Shown here piece by piece: positions 63,540 to 64,000 of a stretch of 64,000 nucleotides of DNA (its first letter is position 1; each line of letters begins with the position of its first letter). The notes under the pieces were generated by a model. It saw only the letters and a list, made by a program, of their open reading frames with translations, was not told the origin of the DNA and did not search any database. The DNA comes from Candidatus Rokuibacteriota bacterium (GTDB taxonomy: Bacteria; Methylomirabilota; Methylomirabilia; Rokubacteriales; CSP1-6), in assembly GCA_016179965.1 (NCBI GenBank), contig JACPCF010000008.1, positions 9,601 through 73,600 of the forward strand, written 5' to 3'. Made by a program: the position numbers and the translations under genes.

Positions 63540-64000
63540 GCCTGTGATCTACGTCGGCTCGCATCTATTCGCTCGCGGTGTCGCTCGACGATCGGCTGCA
63601 CGTCGGCGCCCGGGGCGGGGTCTATCGCCGCGACGGGGCCACGTGGAAGGCCCTGGGAGACAATGGCAAACGCTGGTGGCGCCTCGGGCTCACCTTGCCC
63701 TCGGGCACGCCGGAGCCCCACACGCCGCGGGTCACCGCGATTCTGTTCGTGGGCGGCGATCAATGACGGCCTTCCGTCGCTCGACGTCCACGCCCTGGCT
63801 CTCGCGGCGGATGGGGCGATCCTGGCTGCCACGCCCCGCGGGGTGGCGGTGCGACGGGGAGAGATGGGCCCCGGCGGTCTCGGACTCCCCCGACCGCTAC
63901 TTCCGCGCGCTGGCCTCCAAACCGGGTGACGCCGCTACGCTGTACGCCGGGCTGGGAGACGGGCCGCCGGGTACCCGGGGGACTGTCGTGGTTTCCACGG
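63540..64000 (+). pseudogene. BNR/Ycf48-like repeat protein fragment spread over three reading frames (partial, runs off window)
   Basis: Repeats of the type ...VGARGGVYRRDGATWKAL..., ...AILAATPRGVAVRRGEMGPGG..., ...TLYAGLGDGPPGTRGTVVVS... appear in three different + frames. Confidence 0.2.

Noticed and set aside
1-64000. Search for CRISPR arrays, rRNA and tRNA genes
   Set aside because: No regularly spaced direct repeats of 25-40 bp, no rRNA-like conserved stretches and no obvious tRNA cloverleaf signatures (for example GGTTCGAATCC T-arm) were seen. A proper tRNAscan or cmsearch run could still find a tRNA I missed.

Overview
This is a high-GC (~68%) bacterial chromosomal segment, dense with genes, mostly metabolic and transport functions. 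I cannot place the lineage from sequence alone; the gene content (many family-III CoA-transferases, TreT, TusBCD-like) fits a soil or sediment Rokubacteria/NC10-like or deltaproteobacterial genome. I found no rRNA, tRNA or CRISPR array by eye.

Gene content in order:
- 1-3.5 kb: the 3' end of tilS, a DegP/HtrA protease and a sigma-54 activator.
- 3.5-12.2 kb: a carbohydrate ABC importer (binding protein plus two permeases), a PqqC/TenA-like protein, a D-aminoacylase, a CBS-pair protein and a dienelactone hydrolase.
- 12.6-21.6 kb: a PhnD-like binding protein, two hydrolase/methyltransferase genes, mgtE, a DHH phosphoesterase, aspA and a DUF465 plus KefB-like antiporter module.
- 25.2-28.5 kb: an RpoD-like sigma-70 gene, preceded by a small Cys-rich zinc-finger gene and flanked by three DUF2294 paralogues.
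- 28.6-32.4 kb: a decayed mobile-DNA region. An IS5-like element with perfect 20-bp terminal inverted repeats and a TAA target duplication splits a lipoprotein gene. It carries a CaCA exchanger gene plus IS5, IS21-IstB and antiporter remnants.
- 32.8-39.6 kb: a trehalose and osmotic-stress island with treT, a KefC-like antiporter, otsB and an otsA fused to an N-terminal membrane sensor and HAMP domain.
- 39.7-50.6 kb: an ApgM-like phosphoglycerate mutase, four tandem family-III CoA-transferases with a zinc-ribbon gene, a thioredoxin-fold gene and an acyl-CoA ligase.
- 50.7-59.3 kb: a sulfur and metal area with a CusF-like protein, an SQR-like oxidoreductase, a methyltransferase and an MMPL/RND plus LolA-like plus outer-membrane-protein export cassette. 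Directly contiguous with the cassette are arsR and tusD-tusC-tusB-like genes, then a cytochrome c.
- 59.3-63.5 kb: a liv-type branched-chain amino acid ABC transporter in which livF carries an internal deletion and the adjacent hydrolase is frameshifted.

Most interesting observation: the TusD/DsrE homologue has an in-frame TGA exactly at the catalytic Cys position, followed 9 nt later by a perfect 9-bp stem-loop with a G-rich apical loop. This is a strong selenoprotein candidate.

Nearly all of the long antisense or overlapping ORFs in the six-frame track are GC-driven artefacts and were not called.
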